A stretch of DNA of 64,000 bases from Podospora anserina. Lineage: Eukaryota. Positions 48,834 to 60,409 of the stretch are shown here, one piece after another. Where the stretch lies: the NCBI GenBank assembly GCA_017654855.1, contig CM030338.1:2914001-2978000 (forward strand). The letters run 5' to 3'. Both the position numbers and the translations under genes were made by a program. The notes under the pieces are model-generated. The model saw only the letters and a list, made by a program, of their open reading frames with translations, searched no databases and was not told the origin of the DNA. Position 1 is the first letter of the stretch. Each line of letters starts with the position of its first letter.

Positions 48834-50540
48834 TCACAGGTACTTGTATGGGTTGAGGATACCGTTCTATCGCCTAGGTCAGCCTTGGCTGCCACAAAGT
48901 CTGGGGAAAGAGAGAAAAGAACCTACCGGGTCAAACGTGTTCTTGATGTTCTTCATCAGGCCAACCATGGTCGGGTTGCGGCTGTAGCCGATGTACTTCT
49001 TCTTCATGAGGCCAAGCCCATGCTCGGCGCTGATGCTGCCCTGCCTTTCCGCAATCCACTCATAGACATATGGCTCCAGCACTTTTTCCACCCGCTCGTC
49101 GAACCGCCGCGTGGACACATTGAGGTGCAGATTGGCATCGCCCATGTGGCCGTACCCGACGACCGCTCTGACAGGGAACTCGTCCGTGTCGCCAAGCAGA
49201 CCCGCGGCGTCGATCCGGGCCTTGACGTCCTCGACCATCTGATAGAGTTCTTTCAGGGGAATCGAAACGTCGTACTTGTACACGCCGCCGAGATGGCCCA
49301 GCGCCTCGGTGATACCCTCACGCCATGTCCACAACGACCTGATCTGTGTCTCGTTCTCGGCAAGCGTTCCATCAGCCACAATGCCCTTTTCCATGACGTC
49401 CTCCAGGAATGACTGAAGCTTCTCTGCGTCGTGCTCGGCGTTGGAACCGCTGGTCTCGATCAAGCAGTAGAAGGGATACTTTTCCTCCAATGGGCTCTTG
49501 TTGCCTGTGACATCTCGTACCAGCTGCTGACTGCCCTCGTCCATCAGCTCGAAAGCTGAAAGAATCTCGCCCAGCTGACCCTTGGCTTCACGGAAAGCCT
49601 GTTGGGCCAGCTCGTAGGACTCAATGCCGAACAAGGCCACGTTCTGGGCCGCCGACCGCTGGGGACATTGGATCGAGACCTTGGTGATGATACCGATGGT
49701 GCCCTCAGCCCCGATGAACAGCTGCTTCAGATCGTAGCCAGTGTTGTTCTTGCGAAGCTTGCAGAGGTCGTCCACAATGGTGCCGTCGGCCAGAACGGCC
49801 TCAATGCCCAGGGTGGTGCCGTGCAAGCTCCCGTAGCGGAGAAGACGCAAGCCTCCGGCGTTGGTAGCCAAGTTTCCTCCGATGTGGCATGAGCCCTTGG
49901 CCCCGAGATCCAAGGGGAAGATATAACCCTTGCTCGCCAGAAACTGATCCGCCACTTCCAGAATGGTTCCCGCCTCTGCCACCAAGATGCCGCTGACCTC
50001 GTCGAACTCGATAATCTTGTTCATGCGGCTCATGTTGATGACAATCTCGTCAAAGACCGGAACAGAACCGCCAACCAGACCGGTATTGCCACCCTGAGGT
50101 ACCACGGCCAACATGTTGTCATTGCAGTACTTGAGGATCTTGCTGACCTCTTCCGTGGTACCCGGCTTGAGCACCAACCTGCAGTGGCCGCGATATTTGT
50201 TCATCCAATCACTGTTGAAGGGGGCGATGTCGTCGGCAGCGTCGCTTGTCACACCGTCAACCACGGCAGACTCACTTCCCAGTACGTCCTTGAAGAACTT
50301 GACATGTTCTGGGGTGACTTGGGCGAATCTCGAGTCTCGTTGGATGTCGGGGTACTTTTCGCTGGTGAGCTCGCCCTTTTGGGACACGGCTGTCGGTTGG
50401 AAAAGTCTTGGCCTCGATGTGCTGATGTGTCTGACGGTATGGCGGGAGAGGGACTGCCTCAGGAGTGGTTGTCTGCTCACTTCTGTGGTGGATCTGGCGA
50501 GCCTTCTCAAGACGGGCGGTAACTGGCAACGGGCGGCCAT
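48834..50540 (-). CDS. DLD2: Mitochondrial FAD-linked D-2-hydroxyglutarate/D-lactate dehydrogenase; intron 48867..48926
   Basis: VPQGGNTGLVGGSVP, FPLDLGAKGSCHIGGN, LRKNNTGYDLKQLFIG, GHMGDANLH, GSISAEHGLG, and spliced end FDP|NGILNPYKYL. Confidence 0.94.
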
Positions 50541-51077
50541 TGTGAGCTTGTTAGGTAGATATCCAACTTTTTTTCCCAGCTGAACAGATATTCGGGGGGA
50601 AAGCTGGATCTATATGGTGCGCCCGGCAGAGGAACTGATTATAAACTGAGCGCCTGTCTCGTCCAAGACCGTGGGTTGGGGGCCGATATATAACAGAGAG
50701 TATGACTTCAACTTTGAGATTTCAATGAGAGCAGCGACATCGGTTCACACACTGTTAAAACAGCCGGCCCGCCTAAACCCCGCTGCCAGCTGCAACTAAC
50801 TTTCAGCAGCGGCAGCAGCTGCCCCGCGAGAACACTGAGAGATATGGCTTGGCAGAATGGTCTGTGCTTCCCCTCTTGGAGCTGGGCTGGGGGGAGCTGT
50901 CAGCCTCAAGCTCGTCGTCACAGCTGTGGTAGCCTGCCCTTCCAAACCAAAGCCAACATCAACCACCACGACCTCGAATTCCACTGCCCAACCCCACTGC
51001 CCGAATTGCCATCTAAACCCCCGAACCAGTACTCGAACCTCCAGACTTAACATCCAAACCCCCAGAAATCTACAATC

Positions 51078-52092
51078 ATGGCATCGGGCTACGATAGAGC
51101 GCTCTCAGGTACGTGTTACCTCCCATCCAACCCCAACACCACCACCAATTCCCCACATCCTTGCTTGCAGCCATCACTAACAACCCTTACCACGTACAGT
51201 CTTCAGGTACCTTTCCCACCACCACCACCCTCTCTCCTCAAACCCAAACTAACCCCCTCCTCCCCAGTCCCGACGGCCACGTCTTCCAAGTCGAATACGC
51301 CGGCGAGGCCGTCAAGCGAGGAACCTGCGCCGTAGGCGTCAAAGGCCAAGATGTCGTCGTCCTCGGCTGCGAGAAGCGCTCGGCCATGAAGCTCCAAGAC
51401 ACCCGCATCACCCCCTCCAAGATCGGCCTCGTCGACACGCACGTCTGCCTCGCCTTTGCCGGCCTCAACGCCGACGCCCGCATCCTCGTCGACAAGGCCC
51501 GGTTAGAGGCCCAGTCCCACAGGCTCAACCTCGAGGACCCCGTCACGATCGAGTACATCACCAAGTACGTTGCCGGAGTGCAGCAGCGGTACACACAGAG
51601 CGGTGGCGTGAGACCTTTTGGCATCTCCACGTTGATTGTGGGGTTTGATAAGGGGAGTGAGGTACCGAGGTTGTATCAGACGGAGCCGTCGGGGATCTAT
51701 TCTGCTTGGTAAGGTTTTTTGGTTCTGGGATTTTGGGGTAGAAGGATGCTGATACCCATTCAAGGAAAGCGAATGCCATCGGCCGTTCCAGCAAGACAGT
51801 CCGCGAGTTCCTCGAGCGCAACTACAAGGAGGATATGGACCGGGAAGCCACTGTTAGACTCGCCATCAAGTCTTTGTTGGAGGTGGTGCAAACTGGCGCC
51901 AAGAATATCGAGATTGCCATCATGGCGCCTGGTAAGACGTTGGAGTTGCTGCCGGTGGAGGATATTGAGAATTACGTCAAAAATATCGAACAGGAGAAGC
52001 AAGAAGAGGCGGACAAGAAGAAGAAGGGCCGGACTCCAGGGCAGGGCAGTGCTGCCATATTGACTCGGCAAAAGGATGAGTCTGAGCAGTAG
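51078..52092 (+). CDS. PRE6: 20S proteasome subunit alpha-4; introns 51109..51199, 51207..51267, 51709..51764; 7-nt micro-exon 51200..51206
   Basis: Spliced [74 protein letters not shown]. Confidence 0.96.
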
Positions 52093-52355
52093 GGTGTTGG
52101 TCAAGGAGCAGAGATAGATGGGATGGCGCCTGGCTTTTAGAGCAGAAGCGAGCGCTGGTTGGTTGAGGAATTCAAATGTATGATAATACCACCCACTTGC
52201 AGTTCACACGATGAATTCATATCAAAGATGGCAAGACTCCATGCTGTCGTCTCCCAGATGTATGTTTTTATTCTTCTTCCATGGGTATCGTAAATCCAGT
52301 AAGTAGTAAACGCTCGCTTTGTTTTATATATATGCTTTCTTGGTCTTCCTCCTCC

Positions 52356-52822
52356 TTAACCCAACTTGTCAACATCGGCATCGGGATCAAACACGGTCGG
52401 CCTTTCTTTCTTGGCGGCTACCCTGTCATCCTTGAGCATCCTGGCGTCGACCCGGACGTCGTCGGCCTCGACGGTGATGGCGGCCTTGGGGGTGAGGGCG
52501 TCGAGGACGAAGTGATTGTCGCAGTGGGGGCAGTACTCGTCCGCCTCCTCAAACTCTTTGACGTCCTTGCGGAAGCACTTTTTGCACTTTTTGCAGGCGA
52601 AGACCATCTCGAAGGACTGGAGGAGGGGGTGGGTTTGGGATTCGGTGTGGCAGTCTACGCAGTCGAACCATTTCCTGCAGCAGGGGGAGCGGATCGAGAC
52701 TTGGGCGTTTAGGATGTGTTTACTGGGAGGCGAGCGTCAGCGAGCGAGACCTATGTTGTGATGGACTGGTTGGGATAAGGTGTGATGGTGTAGTTTGGGG
52801 AAATGAGGTGTACGTACCACAT
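52356..52822 (-). CDS. Small CHY-type zinc-finger protein; intron 52723..52817
   Basis: Spliced MCKHILNAQVSIRSPCCRKWFDCVDCH..ACKKCKKCF..YCPHCDNHF. Intron GTACGT..GCTGAC..CAG. Confidence 0.85.
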
Positions 52823-53618
52823 GTTGTCAAAGGGGGGTAGTCCTTGCGGTGGTGGTTAAGCTTTCGTTGGTGATTATCGTGAGGCAGTTGGTTTGTGAGA
52901 TTCGGAGGGTGGGCAAGGATCGGAGATACGGCTTGGCTATCCCGTGGTTTGTTAAATTAGGTATCGGCTTTGGAGGAGCCCTCATCATCATGGTGTAGAA
53001 GGTTGTAGTAGGTAGTGGGTGGGTGGGGGGGGGGGCGTGGCAGAAGCGGTGGAGTGGGGCCGGTGATAAAAGCTTGGCATTATTTGTAAGAAGTGTGGGG
53101 ACATGTACCTTTATTACGTGGGGCTTCTACAGGGCAAGAGACAGATGCACTCTAGGAACTGTGCATGAGAAGATCTAGGTTTGGAACCAACAGACGGAGC
53201 TTCTAGAAGGGGGCTGTTGGTGTGTAAGAGGGATGTTGTTGGTCGGTTGGTGGTTTGGGGCTTAAGTAAGATTTGTAGTGAATATTCTACTTTGTAGAGA
53301 CCAGTGAAGAGGTACCCGGGAAGTGGGTGAACAGGTACCGGTGGTCGGGACTCGGGAGCGCACCGTGCACGTGGAAGGGCTGTGGGAAGAACTGCACTGT
53401 GGGGCTTCGCAAGGCACACCCTTGGATTAGTCAACCAACAGGCAACCAACCCGCAGCCACTATGTCAGAGCGCCGTTTCAACTCTTGCCATTGAACTTTT
53501 AACTTCTCTTTCTCACCACCCAATTGCCACTGACAAAAGAGTCGCTGCCATCCCATCGCCCGGCGTTTGTTTGCGGCAACCTCGCCGCGCCCGTACCGAT
53601 AAGATACATTGGGACAAG

Positions 53619-56198
53619 ATGCCGCCGAAAAGAAAGGCGCCTGGCACTCAGGGTGCGGCGGCGAAAGCTGGTCGCACCTCGGCGCTCTCAACGCCCGGTC
53701 CTGGCACCCCGCGCAGTCTTGATAGCTCCATGATGTCCGAGGAGGATGAGGACTTTTTGAACGACGAGGATGTCGATGAGGCTCAGAAGCAGCGCGAGGA
53801 CATGCTCGCGAAGGAGGCGGACCAGTTCGTGAACAAGTGGGCCCTCACCTCCAAGAATGTGGACGGCGGTGAGGAGGCGGGTCAAAGAACCTACGATGCC
53901 GCCTCTCAGTACTTCAAGAAGAGAGACTACTCTCACTACCAGCTCAAGCCCGATCACCAGAACCGCCCGCTCTGGATCGAGCCGGACGGGACCATTGTGC
54001 TAGAGCGCTTCAGCCCGCTGTCAGAGCAGGCCACAGACTTTCTGATCACCATTGCCGAGCCAAAGTCGCGTCCATCTCTGCTTCACGAGTACCGCATCAC
54101 AACGCACAGCTTGTATGCCGCTGTGTCGATTGGTCTCAGGCCGCAAGATATCATAAACACGCTCGATCGCTTCCTGAAGACACCGCTGCCTCCCAGGATT
54201 CTCAACTTCATTAGCAGTTGTACCCAGAGCTACGGCAAGGTAAAGCTCGTGCTCAAGAACAACAAGTACTTTGTAGAGAGCGTTGATACACAACTGCTTC
54301 AGAAGCTGTTGGCTGATCCACAAATTCGTGCAGCCCGCATCTCTGGGACTACTGACATCAGCACCAGCTATGCGCCCACCATGGCCGGCTTGGTCATTCC
54401 CGGCACCAAGAACGCTGCCGGCGTCCACCAGGCCGATCTGAAGCAGGGGAATAATCAAAATGGCGAGCAAGGGCAGGCAGGCGCCGAGGCCGATGTCTTT
54501 GCTGCCTTGAATGAAGAAGATGATGATGACGAGAAGGAAGCCGTTCACTCTTTTGAGATCTCGGATGCCTCGGTCGAAACGGTGCAGAAACAGTGCCTGG
54601 AGATCGGCTTCCCAATCCTCGAAGAGTACGACTTCCGAAACGACAATGTGAACCCTAACCTCGAGATTGACCTCCGGCCCAACACTCTGATCCGGCCGTA
54701 CCAGGAGAAGAGTCTCAGCAAGATGTTTGGCAACGGCAGAGCCAAGAGCGGTATCATTGTCTTGCCTTGCGGAGCGGGCAAAACGTTGGTGGGTATCACG
54801 GCTGCTTGTACCATCAGGAAGGGAGTTATTGTCCTCTGCACGAGTTCTATGTCAGTCGTCCAGTGGCGCCAGGAGTTCCTCAAGTGGTCCAACATCAACC
54901 CAGAGGACATCGCTGTCTTCACAGCCGACAGCAAGAACAAGTTCTCGGGGAGTACTGGCATCATTGTCACCACATACTCCATGGTGACCAACTCCAGAGA
55001 ACGGTCTCACGACAGCAAGAAGATGATGGATTTCCTCAGAGGGCGAGAATGGGGTCTGATGCTCCTCGACGAAGTCCACGTCGTCCCCGCCGATGTCTTC
55101 CGCCGCGTCATCTCGTCTATCAAGTCGCACTCTAAGCTTGGTCTCACCGCCACCCTCCTCCGTGAGGATGACAAGATCTCCCATCTCAACTTCCTCATCG
55201 GCCCCAAGCTCTATGAGGCCAACTGGATGGAATTATCTCAACAAGGCCACATCGCCAAGGTCCAGTGCGCAGAAGTGTGGTGTTCCATGCCCCCGGAATT
55301 CTACGACGAGTATCTCCGCGCCAACTCCCACATGAAGCGCACCCTCTACGCCATGAACCCGAGGAAATTCCAAGCTTGCCAGTACCTGATCAACTATCAC
55401 GAAGCGCGCGGCGACAAGATCATCGTCTTCTCTGATGAGCTTTACTCTCTCAAACAGTATGCTCTCAAACTCAAAAAGGTCTTCATCTACGGCGGCACCG
55501 GCCAGGCGGAGCGCATGCAAGTCCTCGAAAACTTTCAGCACAATCCCGATGTCAACACTCTCTTCTTGTCCAAGATTGGCGACACCTCCCTCGATCTGCC
55601 CGAAGCAACCTGTCTCATCCAGATTTCCTCTCATTTCGGCTCCCGTAGGCAAGAGGCCCAGCGTCTCGGCCGTATCCTACGAGCCAAGCGCCGTAACGAT
55701 GAAGGCTTCAACGCCTTTTTCTACTCTCTGGTATCGAAAGACACCCAAGAGATGTACTACTCCTCCAAGCGCCAGGCCTTCCTCGTTGATCAGGGGTACG
55801 CCTTCAAGGTTATCACTCAGTTAGCCAACATCAACGACACGCCCGATCTTGCCTTTGCCACGCCTCAGGAACGCCGGGAGCTTCTTCAACGAACGTTGGT
55901 CGACAATGAGAAGGGCTTTGAGCAAGACGCCGAGACTGATGATTTGTTTGGGAAGCCCTCTGGCAGGAGAGGTGCTGGGGGTGCCAGGGGAAGGAAGGCT
56001 GGGAATGGGGTTAGGAGGACGGCGGGTACGCTTGGGGAGCTGTCGGGTGGGCAGGATATGGCGTATATTGAGCAGAACAAGGCTGCGAATAAGGGGTTGA
56101 AGGGCAAGGGGGCGGGGAAGAAGGCAGATGCTGGGGGGCAGAATTCGTTCTTCAAGAAGATTCAGAGGGAGAAGGAGAAGATTAAGGGGGCGAGATAA
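53619..56198 (+). CDS. SSL2: TFIIH DNA translocase/helicase XPB
   Basis: [49 protein letters not shown] and [17 protein letters not shown]. First ATG (MPPKRK) is at 53619. Confidence 0.96.
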   Translation: MPPKRKAPGTQGAAAKAGRTSALSTPGPGTPRSLDSSMMSEEDEDFLNDEDVDEAQKQREDMLAKEADQFVNKWALTSKNVDGGEEAGQRTYDAASQYFKKRDYSHYQLKPDHQNRPLWIEPDGTIVLERFSPLSEQATDFLITIAEPKSRPSLLHEYRITTHSLYAAVSIGLRPQDIINTLDRFLKTPLPPRILNFISSCTQSYGKVKLVLKNNKYFVESVDTQLLQKLLADPQIRAARISGTTDISTSYAPTMAGLVIPGTKNAAGVHQADLKQGNNQNGEQGQAGAEADVFAALNEEDDDDEKEAVHSFEISDASVETVQKQCLEIGFPILEEYDFRNDNVNPNLEIDLRPNTLIRPYQEKSLSKMFGNGRAKSGIIVLPCGAGKTLVGITAACTIRKGVIVLCTSSMSVVQWRQEFLKWSNINPEDIAVFTADSKNKFSGSTGIIVTTYSMVTNSRERSHDSKKMMDFLRGREWGLMLLDEVHVVPADVFRRVISSIKSHSKLGLTATLLREDDKISHLNFLIGPKLYEANWMELSQQGHIAKVQCAEVWCSMPPEFYDEYLRANSHMKRTLYAMNPRKFQACQYLINYHEARGDKIIVFSDELYSLKQYALKLKKVFIYGGTGQAERMQVLENFQHNPDVNTLFLSKIGDTSLDLPEATCLIQISSHFGSRRQEAQRLGRILRAKRRNDEGFNAFFYSLVSKDTQEMYYSSKRQAFLVDQGYAFKVITQLANINDTPDLAFATPQERRELLQRTLVDNEKGFEQDAETDDLFGKPSGRRGAGGARGRKAGNGVRRTAGTLGELSGGQDMAYIEQNKAANKGLKGKGAGKKADAGGQNSFFKKIQREKEKIKGAR

Positions 56199-56638
56199 GG
56201 GGCGTGTCCATTGCGGCTTTGCGTTGTCGTAGCAGTGGCTTTTGGCGTTTTGAGACGTTTAGCGAGCAGGGCAAAGGGTGTATTAGATTGTATTTTTTTT
56301 GGATCAACAAGATTGACACAGCATCATATCACAAATGGCGTTGGGCTTGGGATGGGGTTGGGCTGGATGGCTTGCTCCGAGAAGGGGGTATATAGACAGT
56401 TTGCCTTTGGCTCTGTTTCGTGAAAACTGTTAATTGAATGACCAATACATGATGCCATCGTGAACTGCATTTGCCTGATGCTCTGGAACATCAAAATTCT
56501 ATAAAAAAAATTAAAAAAAGAAAACCAATTGACAAAAGAAAACCAATTCTAGAGCCATGATCTAAGTCGGGCATAGTGTCTTTGATGTATACACCTGCCA
56601 TGGCAAATCTCCCCCCCCCTTTGAAAGAGGTAAACAGC

Positions 56639-57140
56639 CTAATCAAGATCATCCTTTTCTACCCAAGTAGGTATTCTTTCAAACAATGCTCGAAAGTCTA
56701 ATGAATCTGTGAGAGATCTATACGCCCCCCTCACTGCCTCGGCGAGAACCTCGCACAAACCGAACCCCCTTCCACGAGCAGCCCCAAGATTGACCTCCAC
56801 CCCTCTACCCACTGATTCCCATCTTTTTGGAGAGAATGATACCCCATCTGATGCCGCCCTCCCATTTACTGACGCCCCGTCTTTTTGAGAATTGTAGCTC
56901 CCAGACGACCTCATCTCAAGCTGTCTTCCTCTCATTCTCCCATCCTGCTGGGAATAGTCGCTGTCAGACGGCCTCATGCCATACTCTCCTTCTCTCATCT
57001 TCCAATCTGGCAGGCGGTTATTTGAAGAATTCGCCGTTCAAGTCCCATGATTCACCACATCACTCCCCCCACCGAGACTGCTGACAGTTCACACCGGTTC
57101 CCCCATTCCCACCATCCTGCTGGAAGTAATCAGGAGGATA
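56639..57140 (-). pseudogene. Possible decayed ORF downstream of PRO3
   Basis: 119-aa ORF preceded by interrupted frames; a repeated DY[FS]QQDG-coding motif. Confidence 0.2.
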
Positions 57141-57208
57141 CCACGTCCCAACTCACCCAAACCCCCTTATCTTCACCACCCTCATGAGACTTTTCCTCAC
57201 TCCCTACC

Positions 57209-58254
57209 CTACTGGAAGTTATTACCAGGAAACCGCGTCCCATTAACCCCCTGCACCCCCTGCCCCAACTGACTAGCCACCACCGTCGCCTCCCTCACAG
57301 CCCTAGCAACCGTCCCCCTCACCCTCCCCTCCTCCAGAACCAACAACCCCCCAATGGTGCACCCCCCCGGCGTGCTAACCTTATCCCTCAACAACGCAGG
57401 GTGATCCCCATTCAGCACCAACCCCGCAGCCCCCTTCATAGTCTGCGCAGCCATCCTCTGCGCCTCCGCCCTCGGCAAACCCATCGCAACAGCCCCATCA
57501 ATAGCAGCCTCAAGCATCAACGCGAAAAAAGCCGGCCCTGACCCACACAGCGAAGTGCAAACATCCATGTTTGACGGAGGAAGGTAGACCACCTCGCCAA
57601 TCCGCTTGAAAATCCAGGTAACCGTCCCCATCGTCTCGGGGTCAAGAGGGGGGTTGCTGATTCCGATGACGGTCATGCTTTCCCTGATGAGGGAGGCAGT
57701 GTTTGGCATTGCGCGGACGATTTGGCAGTTTACGGGCTGGCCGCCGTTGGCGGTGGTGAGGGTTTGGGAGAGCTGGGTTTCGGTTACGCCGGCGAGGATG
57801 GAGATGAGGAGTTTACCACTGAGGGAGGGGGCGAGGGAGGGTTCGGAGAGGAGTTCGTTGACCATGTAGGGTTTGCAGGCCAGGAGGATGATGTCGGCGG
57901 ATTGGACGGCGGGGAGGTTGGAGTTTGTGAGGATTGTTACCGGGGTGGTGTAGGAGGAGAAGGCGGTCTTGAGCTTTTTGGCGGATTCGGGACGTTTGAC
58001 GCAGGCGATGAATTTGGAGGGGAGGCGGGGGGTGGTGGTTGTTTCGTAGAGGGGGGTGGAGGTGCCGGAGGGGGTGGGGGAGGTGGATTTCTCGTCGAGG
58101 GAGGCGAGGATGCCGGAGAGGATTGCTATGCCCATTGTTCCTGGGGGGAAAGTTAGTTATGTGAGTGGTGGGAAGGGGGGTGAGGGGGGGACATACCGCA
58201 GCCGATGACGGCCATGGTGAGCTCGGGGGAGCTGGTGGTTTGAGAAGCGCTCAT
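57209..58254 (-). CDS. PRO3: Pyrroline-5-carboxylate reductase; intron 58141..58196
   Basis: Spliced Rossmann motif AVIGCG|TMG, LLACKP, ISILAGVT, VRAMPNT, GSGPAF and LRDKVSTPGGCTIGGL. Confidence 0.95.
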
Positions 58255-59072
58255 TGTGTTGTGTAGTTGGGTTTAGATGTGTAGTATAAATGTGAGATTG
58301 ACCGATAGGTTATGTGAGTTGAGATGTTCTCACAGAAAACTTGTGCCAAAGTTCGGAGTGAGATGTGAAAGAAGAAGGTGCGTGTAAGTTGCTGCGTTTG
58401 AAGACTCACTCAACTTTTGTGGACACTGTTGTGACGGAGAGGGGCAATTTTGATAATACAACAGACAGAAGAAAAGGAAAGAGCAACATGAACACACACA
58501 CTATAATAAATCACGGGCGACAGCTGACCAAATTTTTTTTTTTTTTTTCTGTTTCTACCATTTATCACACCGAACTCTCATCACCAAACCCATCACAACT
58601 CATCTTCCACACCCTCTTCTTGTGTCACCAACATCTTTTTCTCAAAATTCCAAAATCATTTCCCAGGGTCCAAGTGGCCAAAAACTCACCCCACTATCCC
58701 CCGCCACAACCCTCACCGCCTACCCAAAAAGCGCCTAGATTACCCGTATCCCCAGGGCGGTGGTGCACGAGCCATCACTAGGTAATGGACGACTCTCACA
58801 AGCCTCCAATTGCCCATCAAGGTCCAGCAGCTCAACAACCACCATCATCTTCAAATACAACTGTGCCAAGACAGCAACCACAAAACCCACAACCAGAACG
58901 CGCCGCCGCTGGTCATGGTCCAAAAGTTAATAACACCCCCAACAATACAAAATGGTCCAAAAACAATAGCCAAAAAATAAAAAACCTTTCCAACTACATC
59001 AACAACAACAACCCAACCGGCACAAACCATCATTATCATCATCATCATCACCACCATCACTCCACCAAAAAA

Positions 59073-59936
59073 ATGGCCGATCCCTTCGAAGTGCGAATGC
59101 GTTTCACAAACCAGCTGAGGCAACTCAACGCCTCGGTTATGTCTGCCCAAAAGGCGGCCCAGTTCGCGCTTAAACACCATGAGATGGGGGAGGATTTGCA
59201 TTCTTGCATTTTGGAGCAGCTTGAAAAGGTCCCTTTACCCTCCGCCCCTTACATCCCCACATCATTACTGACAAAAGGACAGAACAACATGAACACCCGC
59301 GCCAACATTATGTACTTTATCGAACACTTCCTCGACCTTGCCCAGAAGGAATCCCACCCTGAATACGTTGTTCTCATGCAGCGGGACATCATCCGCGTCG
59401 TTGACGCTGTCGCTCCCGAAGATGGGACCGGGATCGCAAACGTCAAAGTTGCGAGGAAGGTCCTGCAGGCGTTGGCGGCAAAGTCGTTTCTTGATGGGGA
59501 GCTGCTGAGTCAGATTGAGGAGGTGTTGAGGGAGAGGTATTCTGCCGCGCAGCAGGATCTGGCGCTCATGTCGTCGCCTACTACTGCTGTTGGGGATGGT
59601 GATGTGGGTGGGGGGGGGGGGGTGCCTACGCCGCAGACTAGGGTTTCTACTGGTGGTGGTGGTGGTGGTGGTGGGAAAGGGAAGATGAAGTTGGATAGGA
59701 AGCAGGTTGAGCAGAGGATTGAGGAGGATAGGGAGCGGCATAAGAGGCAGAGGGAGGGGATTTGGGCGGTTAGTCCGGAGAATGAGGCCGAGTTGAGGAA
59801 GTTGTGGGAGGAGACGAGCGAGCTGGGGGAGGATGATGAGAGGATGTGTGATGAGGAGTGGGAGGAGTGGGAGGAGGCGATGGGGGGTGGGTGTGGGCAT
59901 TGGGGGGAGAGGACCAATGGAGATCATCACTCTTGA
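59073..59936 (+). CDS. CTK3: CTD kinase I gamma subunit; probable intron 59229..59282; an upstream in-frame ATG exists at 58785
   Basis: MADPFEVRMRF..LNASVMSAQKAAQFALK..EDLHSCILEQLE|NNMNTRANIMYF and C-terminal RIEEDRERHKRQREGIW are Ctk3 blocks. Confidence 0.9.
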   Translation: MADPFEVRMRFTNQLRQLNASVMSAQKAAQFALKHHEMGEDLHSCILEQLEKVPLPSAPYIPTSLLTKGQNNMNTRANIMYFIEHFLDLAQKESHPEYVVLMQRDIIRVVDAVAPEDGTGIANVKVARKVLQALAAKSFLDGELLSQIEEVLRERYSAAQQDLALMSSPTTAVGDGDVGGGGGVPTPQTRVSTGGGGGGGGKGKMKLDRKQVEQRIEEDRERHKRQREGIWAVSPENEAELRKLWEETSELGEDDERMCDEEWEEWEEAMGGGCGHWGERTNGDHHS

Positions 59937-60358
59937 GTGTTTTACTGGTGGAGATTTGTTATGGTACGTATGGCGTTTTGGGAAGGGGGAAATAATAACT
60001 TGGGGAAACAGCGGGTGTTTGGGGCGTTTATTTTTATTTTGATGGGGAGGAAAAGCAGGATTGGACGGCTGTTGATTAGGTGTGATACCATACCTATAGT
60101 GCTTGTGTATATATATATATCTTGCGGGACTTGGAGGTAGGTACAGGCCTCTTTGAAGAAGCGTCTGGGAAAACAACTGTAACTTAATTATTGACACGGG
60201 GTGCTGTTTTATAGCGACTACCTGCCTGCCTGCCTCCCAACACCAAACCAGAAACGCCGCTGTAAAATTTACACACAAAAGTAAACGTACAAAAAAAAAA
60301 ACCAGAGAAATAATCCGCATGATCCTGGCCTGTTACCAAGCTTTGCTTGCTACCAAAT

Positions 60359-60409
60359 TTACTACTACTACTACTACTACTCCTCCTCCTCCTCCTCCTC
60401 CTCCTCCTC
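60359..60409 (-). repeat. Compound microsatellite (GAG)10(TAG)6TAA spanning the HAT1 stop
   Basis: Plus strand reads TTA(CTA)6(CTC)10. Confidence 0.9.

Noticed and set aside
48780-48880. Cryptic peroxisomal isoform of DLD2 by readthrough or an alternative acceptor
   Set aside because: The stop context is TGA-GAA, and neither alternative C-terminus ends in a PTS1-like tripeptide.
53382-53618. 79-aa N-terminal extension of SSL2 in the ORF track
   Set aside because: Starts at a non-ATG codon with no supporting context; MPPKRK at 53619 is the natural start.
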